DNA from: Felis catus
Lineage: Eukaryota
Length of the DNA: 64,000 nt
Assembly (NCBI RefSeq): GCF_018350175.1
Contig: NC_058368.1
Location: forward strand, 209,686,001-209,750,000
Direction of reading: 5' to 3'
A program made the position numbers and the translations under genes. The stretch's first letter is position 1. Each line of letters opens with the position of its first letter. Shown here one piece after another: positions 49,260 through 60,980 of the stretch. The notes under the pieces are model-generated. The model had not been told where the DNA came from and did no database searches. It worked only from the letters and a program-made list of their open reading frames with translations.

Positions 49260-50434
49260 AAGAGTTGGATGCTTAATAGACTAAGCCATCCAGGCATCCC
49301 ATCAGAAGGAAAATAGTTATTTTTAAGGAGAGCATGGCTTTCTTAGGAAACCCTAGGAGACTGGACAGTGATGCTTTGAATGCAGCTCCTCAGATCTGCC
49401 ACTGACATTTCAAACTTCGTTGAATATATTGTTGTAAGGGACACATGTTAGCCTAGGCCAGCTGAAGAACTTTTTGTTTCTCTCTGTTCCATGTAGAACA
49501 GGTTGCGTTAAGGGTCACTTAGTGAATGGGGTGGAACCATGCACTGAAATGTGTTATATGCTGTTTCTAAATCCCAGGAAATCCATCAAGCACTGTGCCT
49601 TTTTCTTGGTGGGAAGGGGTGCAAAGTGTGGCACCTCTTTCAGTTTTTTGAGAAGATATTCTGAGATGTTCCATCTATTGGACTTCCAGAAACTTCTCCG
49701 AAGGAGCAGGTCCCTAAATTTATCTGCCACATGTGTATGCCTTACTAAGGCATTCCAGTCCTATTAATCACTTGCTATATATTCTTTTAAACCCCTTTAT
49801 TTTCATTTACATATACAGATATTCCACATGTATTTACTTCTCACCCAAGCTGCTCTTCATCTTTTTCTCACTATAAAATATACAGCGGTGGGTTAATCAA
49901 TGCTGACATCCACGCTCTCAACTCCCACCCACAGAGTCCCCTATGAATTGAATGAAAGAGAGATATTCTGGAATGAGAATACACAATATGATAACAGGCA
50001 TCCTTTTTCAAGTTCAGTTAGACCAGATGTAAAGAGAATTGGTGTGGTTTGTCTTTTTTGTGTTTGTGGGATTTGCAGGTGGTTCTGACTACTAGATTCT
50101 TCTATTTCTGAGCCAGATGTGCTCACAAATAGAAGCGGCACGCATTTACTGTGTGCATGTTTGCATAAATGAATTCCTCCCTCATTAAAAGCTGAGGATT
50201 GTAATACTCAAAGAGTATCTTCTTTCTTCATTTGACAGGCACAACTAGATGATGTATTTATCCTTCAGTGGATAATTTCCAGGAGAACTAAAAAGGAAAA
50301 AAAAAAAAAAGAAACTGATAGAAGAGGGAAAAAAGAGATGTATTTGAGAAATGCCACCTCCATTGTATTGTAGAGAATAGAGTGGAGGAGGAAGAGCCAG
50401 GGAGATTAGATAAAAGCTATTGCCATTAAAAACA

Positions 50435-50448
50435 AACACACACAAAAA

Positions 50449-50487
<39 letters not shown>

Positions 50488-50515
50488 AAAGCAAAACAAC
50501 AACAACAACCACAAC
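50435..50515. repeat. (CA)n / (CAA)n microsatellite
   Basis: Directly visible. Confidence 0.95.
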
Positions 50516-50519
50516 CGGA

Positions 50520-50890
50520 ACACAATACTGATATATATGATAATATGGGTGAAACTTGAAAACATTATGTTAAGTGAAAGAACCCAGACACAAAAGACCA
50601 CATATTGTATGATTTCATTTATATGAAATATCGAGAATAGGCACATCTATACAGACAGAAAGTAGATTAGTGGTTGCCAAGGCTGAAGAAGGGCAATGGG
50701 TGGGGGTTGGGTGGGGGGTTACTAATGGGAATGGAGCTTCCTTTCGGGGTGATAAAAATTTTCTGGAATTAGATAGTGGTGATGGTTGCACAACTCTCTG
50801 ATTATATTAAAAATCACTGAGTTTATAACTTAAAAGCATGAATCTTTTGATAGGTAGAATTGTATTTCAACACAACTGTTAAATTTATGA
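50520..50890 (+). mobile_element. L1 3' end (L1MB-like)
   Basis: gaaaacattatgttaagtgaaagaacccagacacaaaagaccacatattgtatgatt; gatagtggtgatggttgcacaac. Confidence 0.92.
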
Positions 50891-51506
50891 AAAAATATCA
50901 GAGTAAGACATCAAAGAATTTTGCCTAACAAATAATTTCTCAAACTTCCTATCAGATGTAGCATTTCCCTAAGACTTTGAAGGACAGACCTACGTAGCAA
51001 CATTTCAGGTAGTTTCTTTTCATGGTCATTTAACTAATATGATGGACAATCTAACAAAAATGAAAGGAAAATATCACCAACAAAATCAAGGATTTTTACT
51101 TATTCCACTTAATGATCAGGAAAGATAAAAGTCTTCTGATACTAAAAGGTTAGGAAGAAACAGCTAATCATAAATTGCCCAACTTAATCATAAAGTGAAT
51201 TATAAAGGCCTCAGCAAACATACGAATAGTGATCCGCAAGGAAGCAAATTCTCCTTTATTTGTGGTAATTGCTATTCAACATAATGGACACCTGTTGGTG
51301 CCTTCCAGAGCATTCTGAATGCTAGCTCATGGCAATTGGGGAAAGTCTTTTCTTATAAGACAGATAAAATGTCTTAAATAAACAAACAGGTGTTTTGTTA
51401 CAGGTAGGTACACCTCACCATGCATCATATTTATAACTATCTAAACGGAATTTGGGGCAATTTTCAAGCATTTTTGCTTGTTTGTTTGTTTAAAGAAAAT
51501 CAAGCA

Positions 51507-51661
51507 GGGGTGCCTGGGTGGCTCAGGTCAGTTAGGCCTGACTCAGTTTCGGCTTAGGTCATGATCTCACCGTGCATGGCATCAAGGCCCGCATTAGGCT
51601 CTGCACTAAGCATGGAGCCCGCTTGGGATTCTTTCTCCCTCTGTTTCTGCCCCTCCCTCAT

Positions 51662-51692
<31 letters not shown>

Positions 51693-51703
51693 CTTTAAAA
51701 AAA
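51507..51703 (+). mobile_element. CAN-SINE
   Basis: TSD aaagaaaatcaa. Confidence 0.94.
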
Positions 51704-51729
51704 AGAAAATCAATCAATATAGTAGGATT

Positions 51730-52374
51730 GGTGGGCTTTGCAGTGTCTATCCTATATCAATTTCCCCCTTCTTACAAATAGAACCCTGATTACGTTTGGA
51801 AGGGTGTTGTGAACTGAACTGTGTCTTTTTAAGATTCATATATTGAAGTCATAACCCCCAGTACCACACAGTGTAAGTGTATTTGGAGGTAGGATAATTA
51901 AAAAAGTAATTAGGTTAGATGAGGTTACTAGTATGAGTCCTAATCCAATATAGACTGACATCCTAATAAGAAGAGGAATTATACATTTTCTTTTTTAAGT
52001 TTATTTTGAGAGAGAAAGAGAGAGTGAAGCACAGACATAGATGGAGAGAGAGAGAATCCCAAACAGGCTCTGCATTGGCAGCACAGAACCTGATGTGGGC
52101 TTGAACTCATGAACCATGACATCATGACCTGAGCCCAAACCAAAAGTCAGATTCTCAATGGACTGAGCCACCCAGGTGCCCCTAAACTTAAATATAGATA
52201 ACACATGGAGTGTGAGGGTGGCTCAGTTGGTTAAGTGTCCAACTTTGGCTCATATCATGATCTCATGGTTTGTGGGTTTGAGCCCCACGTTGGGCTCTGT
52301 GCTGACAGCTCAGAGCCTGGAGCCTGCTTGGGATTCTGTGTCTCCCTCTCTCTCTCTGCCCTCCCCCGCTTGTG

Positions 52375-52420
<46 letters not shown>

Positions 52421-53097
52421 AATAAACATTTAAAAAAATTTAATAAGTACACGAATACATAAATACAAAGATACAGATTACACACAGAGAAAAGACAATG
52501 TGAAAACACAGAGAAGGCAGCCATCTACAAACCAAGGAGAGAAACCTCACAAGAAACCAATCCTACTGACAGGTTGTTCTTGGATATCTAGTCTCCAGAA
52601 TTATGAGAAAATAATAACTACTCTGTGGGTGCTTTGTTATGGCACCCCTAGCAAACTAATATAAAAGGTAAACAAAAACCTTTTTTTGTTTTGTTTTTCA
52701 GTTTTTTTGCAAACATGGGTGGCCATGACTCAGCATTCTAGCCAAGGAGACATACCAGCAGAAATTCCTTGGTTGACCATTTGCTAGAACTTTTTAGAAT
52801 AGGTCAGAATTAGCTCCCATGTGTCTTTTGCTCTTTGCCCTTTCCTTTCTTCCTGCCTGGAATGGAAATATAAATCTGACAGTGTAGTAGCCAACCTGGG
52901 ACCATGAAGCAACAGCCAAGGACTGCCAAGTGGAAAGACAAGAGACCTGATGGCATCATAAGGCCATTGTACCAACCTAGTGCCACCTAACTCCAGGTTC
53001 TTGTAGGTGAGAAAAACAAAACATTTAACTTATTTAGCCACTTTTTCCCCTTCAAGTTTCTATCTCCCATAGCTGAATGCAATTCCTAAATGATACC
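51730..53097 (+). mobile_element. MaLR LTR (MLT1J-like) split by a younger MLT1 LTR
   Basis: ttccccctttctta..aatagaaccctgatt before 51805; ggtggccatgact...tagctgaatgcaattcctaaatgatac after 52670. Confidence 0.75.
51805..52663 (+). mobile_element. MaLR LTR (MLT1B-like) containing two SINEs (51990-52182 minus, 52207-52440 plus)
   Basis: tgttgtgaactgaactgtgtc...attcatatattgaagtcataacccccagtacc start; gttatggcacccctagcaaactaatata end. Confidence 0.9.
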
Positions 53098-53107
53098 ATA
53101 GATATTT

Positions 53108-53260
53108 GGTGTGTATGTGCATGTGTGTGTGTGTGTGTGTGTGTGTGTATAATTCCATATATTTAGTATGTATATATCTATATACACTAAATATTTATAT
53201 ATACTAAATAAATACTGTATATATTCCAGAATTTAGTGTATATAGATATATATATGGAAA
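53108..53260. repeat. (TG)n followed by AT-rich inverted repeat
   Basis: 22-bp arms at 53171-53192 and 53231-53252. Confidence 0.9.
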
Positions 53261-53629
53261 AGAGAATTGTGCTATATAGGTGAAAGATCTAATTGGAAAT
53301 CACAGGGAACATGAATTTATTTACTTCCAACCATCTGCTTAGCTACACAGTTGCCACCTTCTCATTTGTGAGCAAATTTCAAATGAGATAATTAAACAGA
53401 GAGATACTTACTTTTTACTTAAAGTGGGCAATGATGCCTACAAATGCATTTATTGAGTATCCAAGAGGATTTCAAAGGAACTATAATTTGGTAGGCAATG
53501 CACTTAGATGTAGAGAAGTTGTCCACTGTGATCATTGGAGTAGGTTTCAGAGTAGCATCATGGGATTCCTTGTCAATTTCCTTGTAAATTGTCATATGTG
53601 GGCTACCCAGGTGTCTGACCTCTAGCTCA

Positions 53630-53890
53630 TTAGCCTGTGTGGTGTGTGAACCAGCTATGGGTCTGCAAACTGTTACCAATTAGCAAGAGATAAGGAGATA
53701 AGGAGCCTGCCACCAAATGTAAAGGAACTACATCATTTGAACAGACTGTTTAGTTCAGTTTACTTACTTTATTTTTTTGGTGGCAAGACTTCTCGATGGA
53801 GGAAGCAATAAGCTGGTTTACAGTCTGGTGCCAGCTCCATATCTCATTGTAGGTTTGTACCGTGCACAGCACAGTATAACTCGGGTCTGA
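53630..53890. mobile_element. hAT-Charlie MITE (Charlie4-related)
   Basis: Internal inverted arms gagataaggagcctgcacca / tggtgccagctccatatctc; actgtttagttcag and gcaagacttctcgatg motifs. Confidence 0.65.
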
Positions 53891-54174
53891 TCAGCTAATC
53901 ATGGTGGAAGATAAGGATGTGTGTGTCTGCCCTCTGTAACTCACCGGGATGGGAGTCCAATTAAAATCATATTTCTATTAGGTCCGGACTGTGATGATGA
54001 CTTTGAGCCCCAACTATCTGCATAAGAACTTGGCCATGCTCTGAGAGTCCCTAGAAAACTGTCTCATATTTGTTCAGGAAAAATTCACTCAAATTCTTTC
54101 ACTTTGGTCTGCTAGCCAAATCGTCCCAGCATGGCCTCTGCTGCTGATATTTTCAGTGACAAAACTGAAGTGTT

Positions 54175-54770
54175 CTATTATTTAAGATACGTTTGGCTGC
54201 AAGTAACAGAATACTCTCCTTTATCTTAACCCACCATATCTTTAGTAATACAGACATTTAATTTTCTCACAGAACAGAAAGCCTGGAGGAAAGCAGGTCT
54301 AGGTTTGAAACTGGCTCAACGGATGTTTGTAGCTCAGGCTCTTTGCCTCTCTCTGTGCCATCCTCAGCATGTTGGTTCTGTCCTTGTACAAGTCACCTAG
54401 TGGCTACAAGGGGACCTTCACAATTTTAGATGTCACGGTGTCCAGCAGGAGCTTTCTTTTCTTTTATTCAAACCAGAAAACGTTTTCCAGAAGCAGCAGA
54501 TGTCATCCCCCCATCTCCAACCACACACACCCAGATTTCCTGTTACATCTCATTGGTCAGAACTAGGTCTCAGGAAATGCCCTACCTTCAAGGCAGTCTG
54601 AGAAGGCAATCACCTGATGAAGGGGAACAGGATAAATATAACTGGCATAGTCAATTAGGATTCATTTCCTTGGGCTCCACTCATGGATACTCCAAATTAG
54701 ATCAAGGTTCTGTTGGCAGAGAAGAATGGGGGGGGGGCGGTGTGGGTTTCTGTTGTGTAGTTACCCAGCA
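54175..54770 (-). mobile_element. MaLR LTR (MLT1K-like)
   Basis: tttggctgcaagtaacagaa, ctctgtgccatcctcagcatgttgg, catctcattggtcagaactagg. Confidence 0.8.
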
Positions 54771-55560
54771 GCATTTTCCAGGGATACTGTCTCCCCAAAG
54801 CCATCTTTCTTTAGAGGACTAGATCAGTGCTAATGATACTAAAGAGACCTAGGCTTCAAAGCAGCTTGATCCAGATCAAGTCTCAGAACTTCTCTCATGC
54901 AAAGAGCTGCTTTCGCTTCTAACACTCAGTTTCTGAGCCCTTGACAGCATCTTCCGGACACACACTCACACTCCCATGACAGGGAACCACAGTTTTCCAG
55001 CAACAGATCTGTTTCAAATGCACACTTGGAAAGGAAACATTCTCTCAATGGAACATCATTCTACTGAACTGTAACTGCTGACCACACAGATATTATCATC
55101 CACTGTAGCTTTAGCCCCTAACCGCTTGGAGCCAGTCTCAAACATCTTTTTTTTTTTTTTTTTTTAGACTGTGGTCTTTACATTCGTAAATATACCATAG
55201 AGGTAGTTTTTTTCCAGAACAAAGAAAAGTGTGTGCAACTCTTTGCTTCTTGCATAACACCAAACTGCTAGATGCTTTGAAATGGCAGTTTTCCAGCTCC
55301 CATACGTCCTGTCAAGGTTTCAATAGATTCAAGTTTCAGCCAGGGATCCAGCACTTACTCTATCCAAGCCCTCCTTACAGCAGTTTCCGAAAAAAGCTGC
55401 TCTCAAGCAACTGGCCTAGGAGTGGGATCTCAACTCTGACATGGTGGCAAAAAGTTATTTCCTTTTTTTCATCGCCTAATTAGTGATCCTTGTAATTAAA
55501 CAATACAAAGGAGTGTGTGCCACATACAAAAACAACTGATAGAATTCTATCAAGTACAAT

Positions 55561-55597
<37 letters not shown>

Positions 55598-55603
55598 ATG
55601 TAT
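55561..55603. repeat. (TG)n microsatellite
   Basis: Directly visible. Confidence 0.95.
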
Positions 55604-56929
55604 GAATCAAAATAAGCTGGATGACTTAGGAAGATTTTAAACAAGAAGCAGGGTTAGAATTATAAGTAGGTTTTGGCCAATGGAGACAAAAAAAGGAGTG
55701 AGCCTTTCTGGGTGAGAGGTGTTTAATATTAATATATCTCAAGGTAGGGAGGTTAGGGCTGTTGGTGGAGGGAGTATAGTTAAATTCCCAAGTGTATAAG
55801 CAGTTTAGATAAATTCATGATTAATTTATATTTTTGAAGCTTTGTTTTCTGTTTATATTGACTATTATGGTTATTGTGGTGGGTTCCTTAGGAATAACTG
55901 GAGCTACCCGGATTCAACCATTTCTTTTCTTCCACTTAGTTTCTTCATGCAATCTTGACCTTGATCTAGCTGCTTCCAAAACAACAAATTCTGAATTTAA
56001 ATGAATACTAATCAGAAGTTTCACAAGATCTGCAGTCTCTCACATTATTGTTCATCCCAGTAAAAGAAATTGGGGCACATAACCTGTATTCTCTTGAACT
56101 TTCTTCAACTGGTATAATTGCCTTTATTAATAGGGAAACGTTAGCGTCTTCTGGTCTTTTCCATGCATAAATTCTGGATATAATTCTCCAATAGTGTTAT
56201 TATTATTATTATTTTATTTATTTAGCACCAATTCTTAAACATCAGTTCCTTTTAATTTAGAGAAGAGTAAAAAAAAAAATGGGTTGATTATTATACGCAT
56301 GGGAGTCACTTTTCCATCTTTCCATTTTCTTTTTCAAAAAAATTTGACAATATGCATAAAGGCATGCAATCCTTGCCTTCTGATGAAAGGCAGTTTCTGG
56401 CTTCTACTGGCTGGGTTAAATCTCATTAGAGAATTTATAAAATTGGATTTTATGTGTCAGCAAAACTGATTGTTCTTTAAAGCATCTGAAAAACCAGCAA
56501 GGGTGGTGTGAGGGTGGTGGAATCAGACAAACGGGATAGGATATATGGATCCTGAAACAGGGCTTGAGAAATCTTCTCTATTCACATAAGACCAAATGTG
56601 TATTTACTGAAAACAACACATGGAGAGGATGGGGAGCTAGAACTTGCTTTGTTAAGCTAAAGCTTGGGAAATATTGTAATTGAAGATCCACCTGGTGTGT
56701 TCAAAGCAGATTATAAAGCCTGTTGAGCAGCAACCAATTTCTCTGGAGATCAGTTTGTACCTGTGAACGTAGCTGGGTTGGCCCTGTGGTAGTCCAATCA
56801 AATCAAACCACAGTTTTGGTTTCACTCATGATATCTCTCTCTCATTTCACTCATTCTTTCTCTCTCTGTCTCTGTCTGTCTCTCACAGACACACGCAGAG
56901 ACACAGAAAGTTTTAGTGGGAATGAGTAT

Positions 56930-57398
56930 TTTGGTAGGTTGAGTGATGGTCCCCAAGTATGTTCATATTCTAATTCTGGAAATCCTTGAGTGTTACTTTA
57001 TATGGCAAAAGACATTTGCAGATGGAATTAACTTAAAGGTCTTGAGATGGGAGAGAATAACCTGGATCATCAAGGGGGAGGGCTTAAATGCAACTGCAAA
57101 TATTCTTATAAAAGGAAGGTGGGGGAGATTTGATACAACAGAAGAGGAGAAGGCCGTGTGGCCACGGAAGCAGAGATTGTACTGATGCAGTTACAAGCCA
57201 AGGAATGTGGGCAGCTGCCAGAAACTGGGAGGAAAGTACTGGATTCTCCCTTAGAGCCACTGGGGGGGAGTGTGGGCCTGCTGACATCTTGGCCAGGGAG
57301 ACTGGTTTTGGACTTCTGGCTTCAAGAACTGTGAGAGAATAAATTTCTGTTGTTTTAAGCCACTAACTTTGTGGCAATTTGTTCCAGCAGCAAAGGAC
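56930..57398 (+). mobile_element. MaLR LTR (MLT1D-like)
   Basis: actttatatggcaaaagacatttgcagatg, ggacttctggcttcaagaactgtgagagaataaatttctgttgttttaagccac. Confidence 0.92.
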
Positions 57399-57915
57399 AT
57401 ATGGTGGAGTGACATCTTAGATACCAGAATTTAAGGCAAAAGTCATATACAGATAAATCATTGACCCCTGAAAATCACTTAAGAACACACCACATTGGAG
57501 AACAATATAGCAAGTTTTGTCCCCAGCAAGTGCTGGAATGGAGTGTTGTTTCTTCACATGAGATGGCAGATGAAGGAGTTGGCTTGTGTTTAGGGGCTAT
57601 GTTCTGGCAAGAATATTTATCTTTAAATATTAGACTCCTCACAAAAGTACCTGGCAACCAAGATAGCAGATTTGTATCTCCCATCTCACTCTCAGTCAAG
57701 GCACATGCTCTTTGAATGGAACAATGGACAAAATTGCTCATGTGATTTAAATTGTCCTTTTTTTCCCCCCAAGTTTGATTTGTTTAAGATAAATAACAAT
57801 AACTAACTGGTAACTCAGCACATGCAAGATGCTTTTCTAATTGCTTATATGAACTCATTTAAAGCCACAAGCTGAGGTGCACAAAGGCTAATAATTTCAC
57901 TAAAATGAATTTTTC

Positions 57916-58038
57916 GGGGGCGCCTGGTGGCTCAGTCAGTTGAGTGTCTATCTCTTGATTTGGGCTCAGGTCAAGATCCCAGGGTCGTGTGACTGAGCCC
58001 TGCATCGGGCTCTGTGCTGGGAGTGTAGCCTCCTTAGG

Positions 58039-58075
<37 letters not shown>

Positions 58076-58122
58076 CTCTGCCCCTCCTCTCTCTCAAACT
58101 AAAATAAAAATAATAAAATAAA
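57916..58122 (+). mobile_element. CAN-SINE
   Basis: TSD taaaatg(a/g)atttttc. Confidence 0.95.
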
Positions 58123-59304
58123 ATGGATTTTTCATATATTTATATGTATATTTAAATAACCTTCCAATACAAAATCAAAGACATTTGAATATCCCAACTT
58201 TTTGTCCCATAAGATTTCTTTGGGGAGGTGCCTAATAAAGTTGGTCTCGATTTCAGAAACTGTGGATCCTTTATGAATATGCTACTCCACAAGGAAGCTC
58301 CTCTCTTGTTTCATGCAGACTTTCCCAACTACTTTCCGTTCAGCTTGAAATAAAAAGATATCCTTAGAAAACTTTTCCTTTCTTTGCTATTAACTTGAAG
58401 ATATTCTGCTATTTGCCAAGCCTCTATTTTCATAATTCAGTCTGATGCTGCTAAATTAATATACACTTTATTCCCAAATCCTTTTTCCAGCAACCTCTGT
58501 GGATATCAAAGCTGATACATTCTGTGCTCCCTTTACTTATTTTTAGTCCATTAAAAAAATGTCTATTTTAATTTGTCTTTCATACGATGCATTTGAAATA
58601 ATTTCTTTTCCCTTCTTAACCACAGAACATTTTCTTGGGTTCAGTAAAATTGATGCAATTTTATACAATCTTTGGTAACTCTCTTACTAGAAGAGCCATA
58701 TGTATGCTTCAGCCACGGCTCAAAGCTGCCATAAAGCTTTGACTCTACCGGTTAAATAACCAGACTGTAGCACACTTGATGGGATTCCTCAGGTGTCCTT
58801 AATGACTGAGTGGTGTTGCTGCATAGTTGATGGCCACCCAATGATTCAGAGAGATTGCAAAAAAGAGCGAATTGGTGGTGGCAGCCAATTCGGTCACAGA
58901 GCACGCAGGGGAGATCCAAGAACGAATGATTCTGTAGCTTTAAGATCACCCGCATCATTACTGTGCACCCCACTTGTCTCACTGATTGTTTAAAAAATAG
59001 AGAAATTCTTTTTCTGGCTTGTTATCTAGACAACTTGGCAGTCTATGGTGGTATCGTCTGTCTTTCTGAGATGTTTCTCCTTTTCTTTGCTACAGCAAAA
59101 CTCTGACTGTCTCCTAAGGACACCGATTCTCCTGCATCCCTTTTGGGTTTATTTTCCTTTCTCCATATACTTTAGGCTTGTGAAGAAGGATGGTGCAGTT
59201 CTTATACTGTTGCTGCCCTGCCCAGATTCCCCTTCCTCTCGGTGCCCTCATCCCATTTGCTGGCTACTCTAAGTGGGGGCTACTGACCACTCAGAGCGGC
59301 TTCC

Positions 59305-60527
59305 TTCTCTGTCACAACATCTTTCTAGACATGTCTCCTAAGGCAAGGGAAACAAAAGCAAAAAGAACCTATTGGGACTACACCAAAATACAAAGCATCT
59401 GCACAGCAAAGGAAACAATCAACAACCCAAATTGGCAACCTACTGAATGGGAGAAGATATTTGACTTATCTGATAAAGGGTTAGTATACAAAATACATAA
59501 AGAACTTATATAACTCAAAACAAACAAACAAAAAAACCCAAGTATCCAATTAAAAATGGGAAGAAGACACAAACGGACATTTCTCCAAAGAAGGCATATA
59601 GATGGGTGACAGACACATGAAAAGTTGCTCAACATCACGCATCACCAGGGAAATGCAAACCCAAACCACAATAAGATAACACCTCACTCCTGTCAGAATG
59701 GCTAAAATAAAAAACACAAGAAACAACAAGTGTTGGTGAGGATGTGGAGAAAAAGGGACCCTCATGCACCGTTGGTGGGAATGTAAACTGGCACAGCCAC
59801 TGTGGAAGCAGTATGGAGGCTCCTCAAAAAATTAGAAATAGAATTACCATGTGACCAAGTAATTCCACTACTGGATATTTATCCAAAGAATACAAAAATA
59901 CTAATTCAAAAAGATATATGCATCCTGTTTATTGCAGCATTATTTACAATAGCCAAATTATAGAAGTAGCCCAAGTGTCCATCAATAGATGAATGAATGA
60001 AGAAGATGTGGTATACACATATAAAGTAGAATATTACTCAGCCACAAAAAGAATGAAATCTTGCTATTTGCAACAACATGAATGGATTTAGAGGGTATAA
60101 TGCTAAGTGCAATAAGTCAGAGAAAGGCAAATACCATATGATTTCACTCATATGTGGAATTTAAGAAACAAAGCAAACAAAGAAAAAATAGAAAAACAAA
60201 CAAACTTTTTAAAAACCCCCCACACTCTTAACAAACTGATGGTTACCAGAGGGGAGGGGGGATGGGTGAAATAAGTGAAGGGGATTAAGAGTACACTTGT
60301 CTTGGGCACCTGGCTGGCTCAGTTGGTGGAGCATGTAACTCTTGATCTCGAGGTTGTGAGTTTGAGCTCATGTTGTGTGTAGAGATTACTTAAAAAAAAA
60401 ATCTGTAAAAATAGCATACCCTTGTTTTGATGAGCACTGAGTAATGTATAGAATTGCTGAATCACTATATTATACAACTGAAACTAATATAACACTGTAC
60501 ATTATACTGAAATTAAAAAAAAAAAAA
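59305..60527 (+). mobile_element. 5'-truncated carnivore L1 (ORF2 C-terminus, 3' UTR, A tail) with a short SINE at 60304-60410
   Basis: NIFLDMSPKARETKAK...CTAKETIN...QPTEWEKIF in ORF 59190-59513; A tail ending 60527. Confidence 0.97.
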
Positions 60528-60556
60528 GCTGTTTCTTTTTGAGAACTGCCCTACAT

Positions 60557-60718
60557 CAGTGGGTCTCAAAGTGTGGTCCCTGGGCCAGCAGCATCAGCAT
60601 CATCTGATCATTTGCTAAAAATGCAAATTCTGAGGTCCCACCCCTGGGCTATTGAGTAAGGTGGATTGGGGTCCAACCACCTGTGTTTCTCATGCACATT
60701 AAAGTGGGTCAATTACTG
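60557..60718. mobile_element. MER5A hAT-Charlie MITE
   Basis: cagtgggtctcaaagtgtggtccctgggccagcagcatcagcatca...aaatgcaaattct...actg. Confidence 0.88.
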
Positions 60719-60739
60719 CCTTAGAGTGAACGGAAACCC

Positions 60740-60980
60740 AGAGCAGAAATGCCAAGGATGATACATCTTCCTTTCAGGGGTTATCTGCAGCCAATAGCTG
60801 AATGATTCAGGAAGAACAAAAGGCTGTTAGTCCCTTTGTTCAATAGGGGACAACTTCATGATGCTATTCAGCCTGCAGAAATCCTTGAGGGATCATGCTG
60901 AGGCTGGAATCGAACTGAACCTATATCTTGGCCAAACGTGTTCCCCACCCTATTCTGCACTCTCATTCCCTTAAGAGGTA
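60740..60980 (+). mobile_element. ERV-L LTR fragment (LTR16A/B-like)
   Basis: cagccaatagctga, ggggacaact, gggatcatgctgaggctgg, ccctattctgcactctcattccctta. Confidence 0.65.

Larger units (their letters stand above)
48541..49300 (-). mobile_element. Host CAN-SINE containing two later SINE insertions
   Basis: Outer TSD tca(a/g)aaggaaaatagtt at 48519-48535 and 49302-49318. Confidence 0.93.
45510..49790 (-). mobile_element. pol: ERV-L class pol remnant (RT, tether, RNase H, integrase), five pieces: 45510-46184, 46715-47125, 47351-47511, 48468-48535, 49302-49790
   Basis: Minus-strand translations in the correct order: EKFLEVQ*, HFAPLPTKKKAQCLMDFLGF, NYFPFEKQFLACYCALVET, VTMQPDLPVMH/VLSDP, RKWIASALQ, KIGDKEV, VNANQKSTTADEAL, GLSLTKADLATSTAE, YSGY, SYHVSPHAEAISLVKQ*NNLLK; all match remembered ERV-L Pol motifs. 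Confidence 0.93.

Noticed and set aside
25740..49790. gag piece at 26 kb and pol piece at 45-50 kb as a single provirus
   Set aside because: Both are minus-strand, so pol should lie at lower coordinates than gag. The order is reversed, implying separate insertions.
58200..59040. Possible processed pseudogene or transposase remnant
   Set aside because: I could not find a recognisable reading frame, poly(A) or TSD on either strand. Left unassigned.
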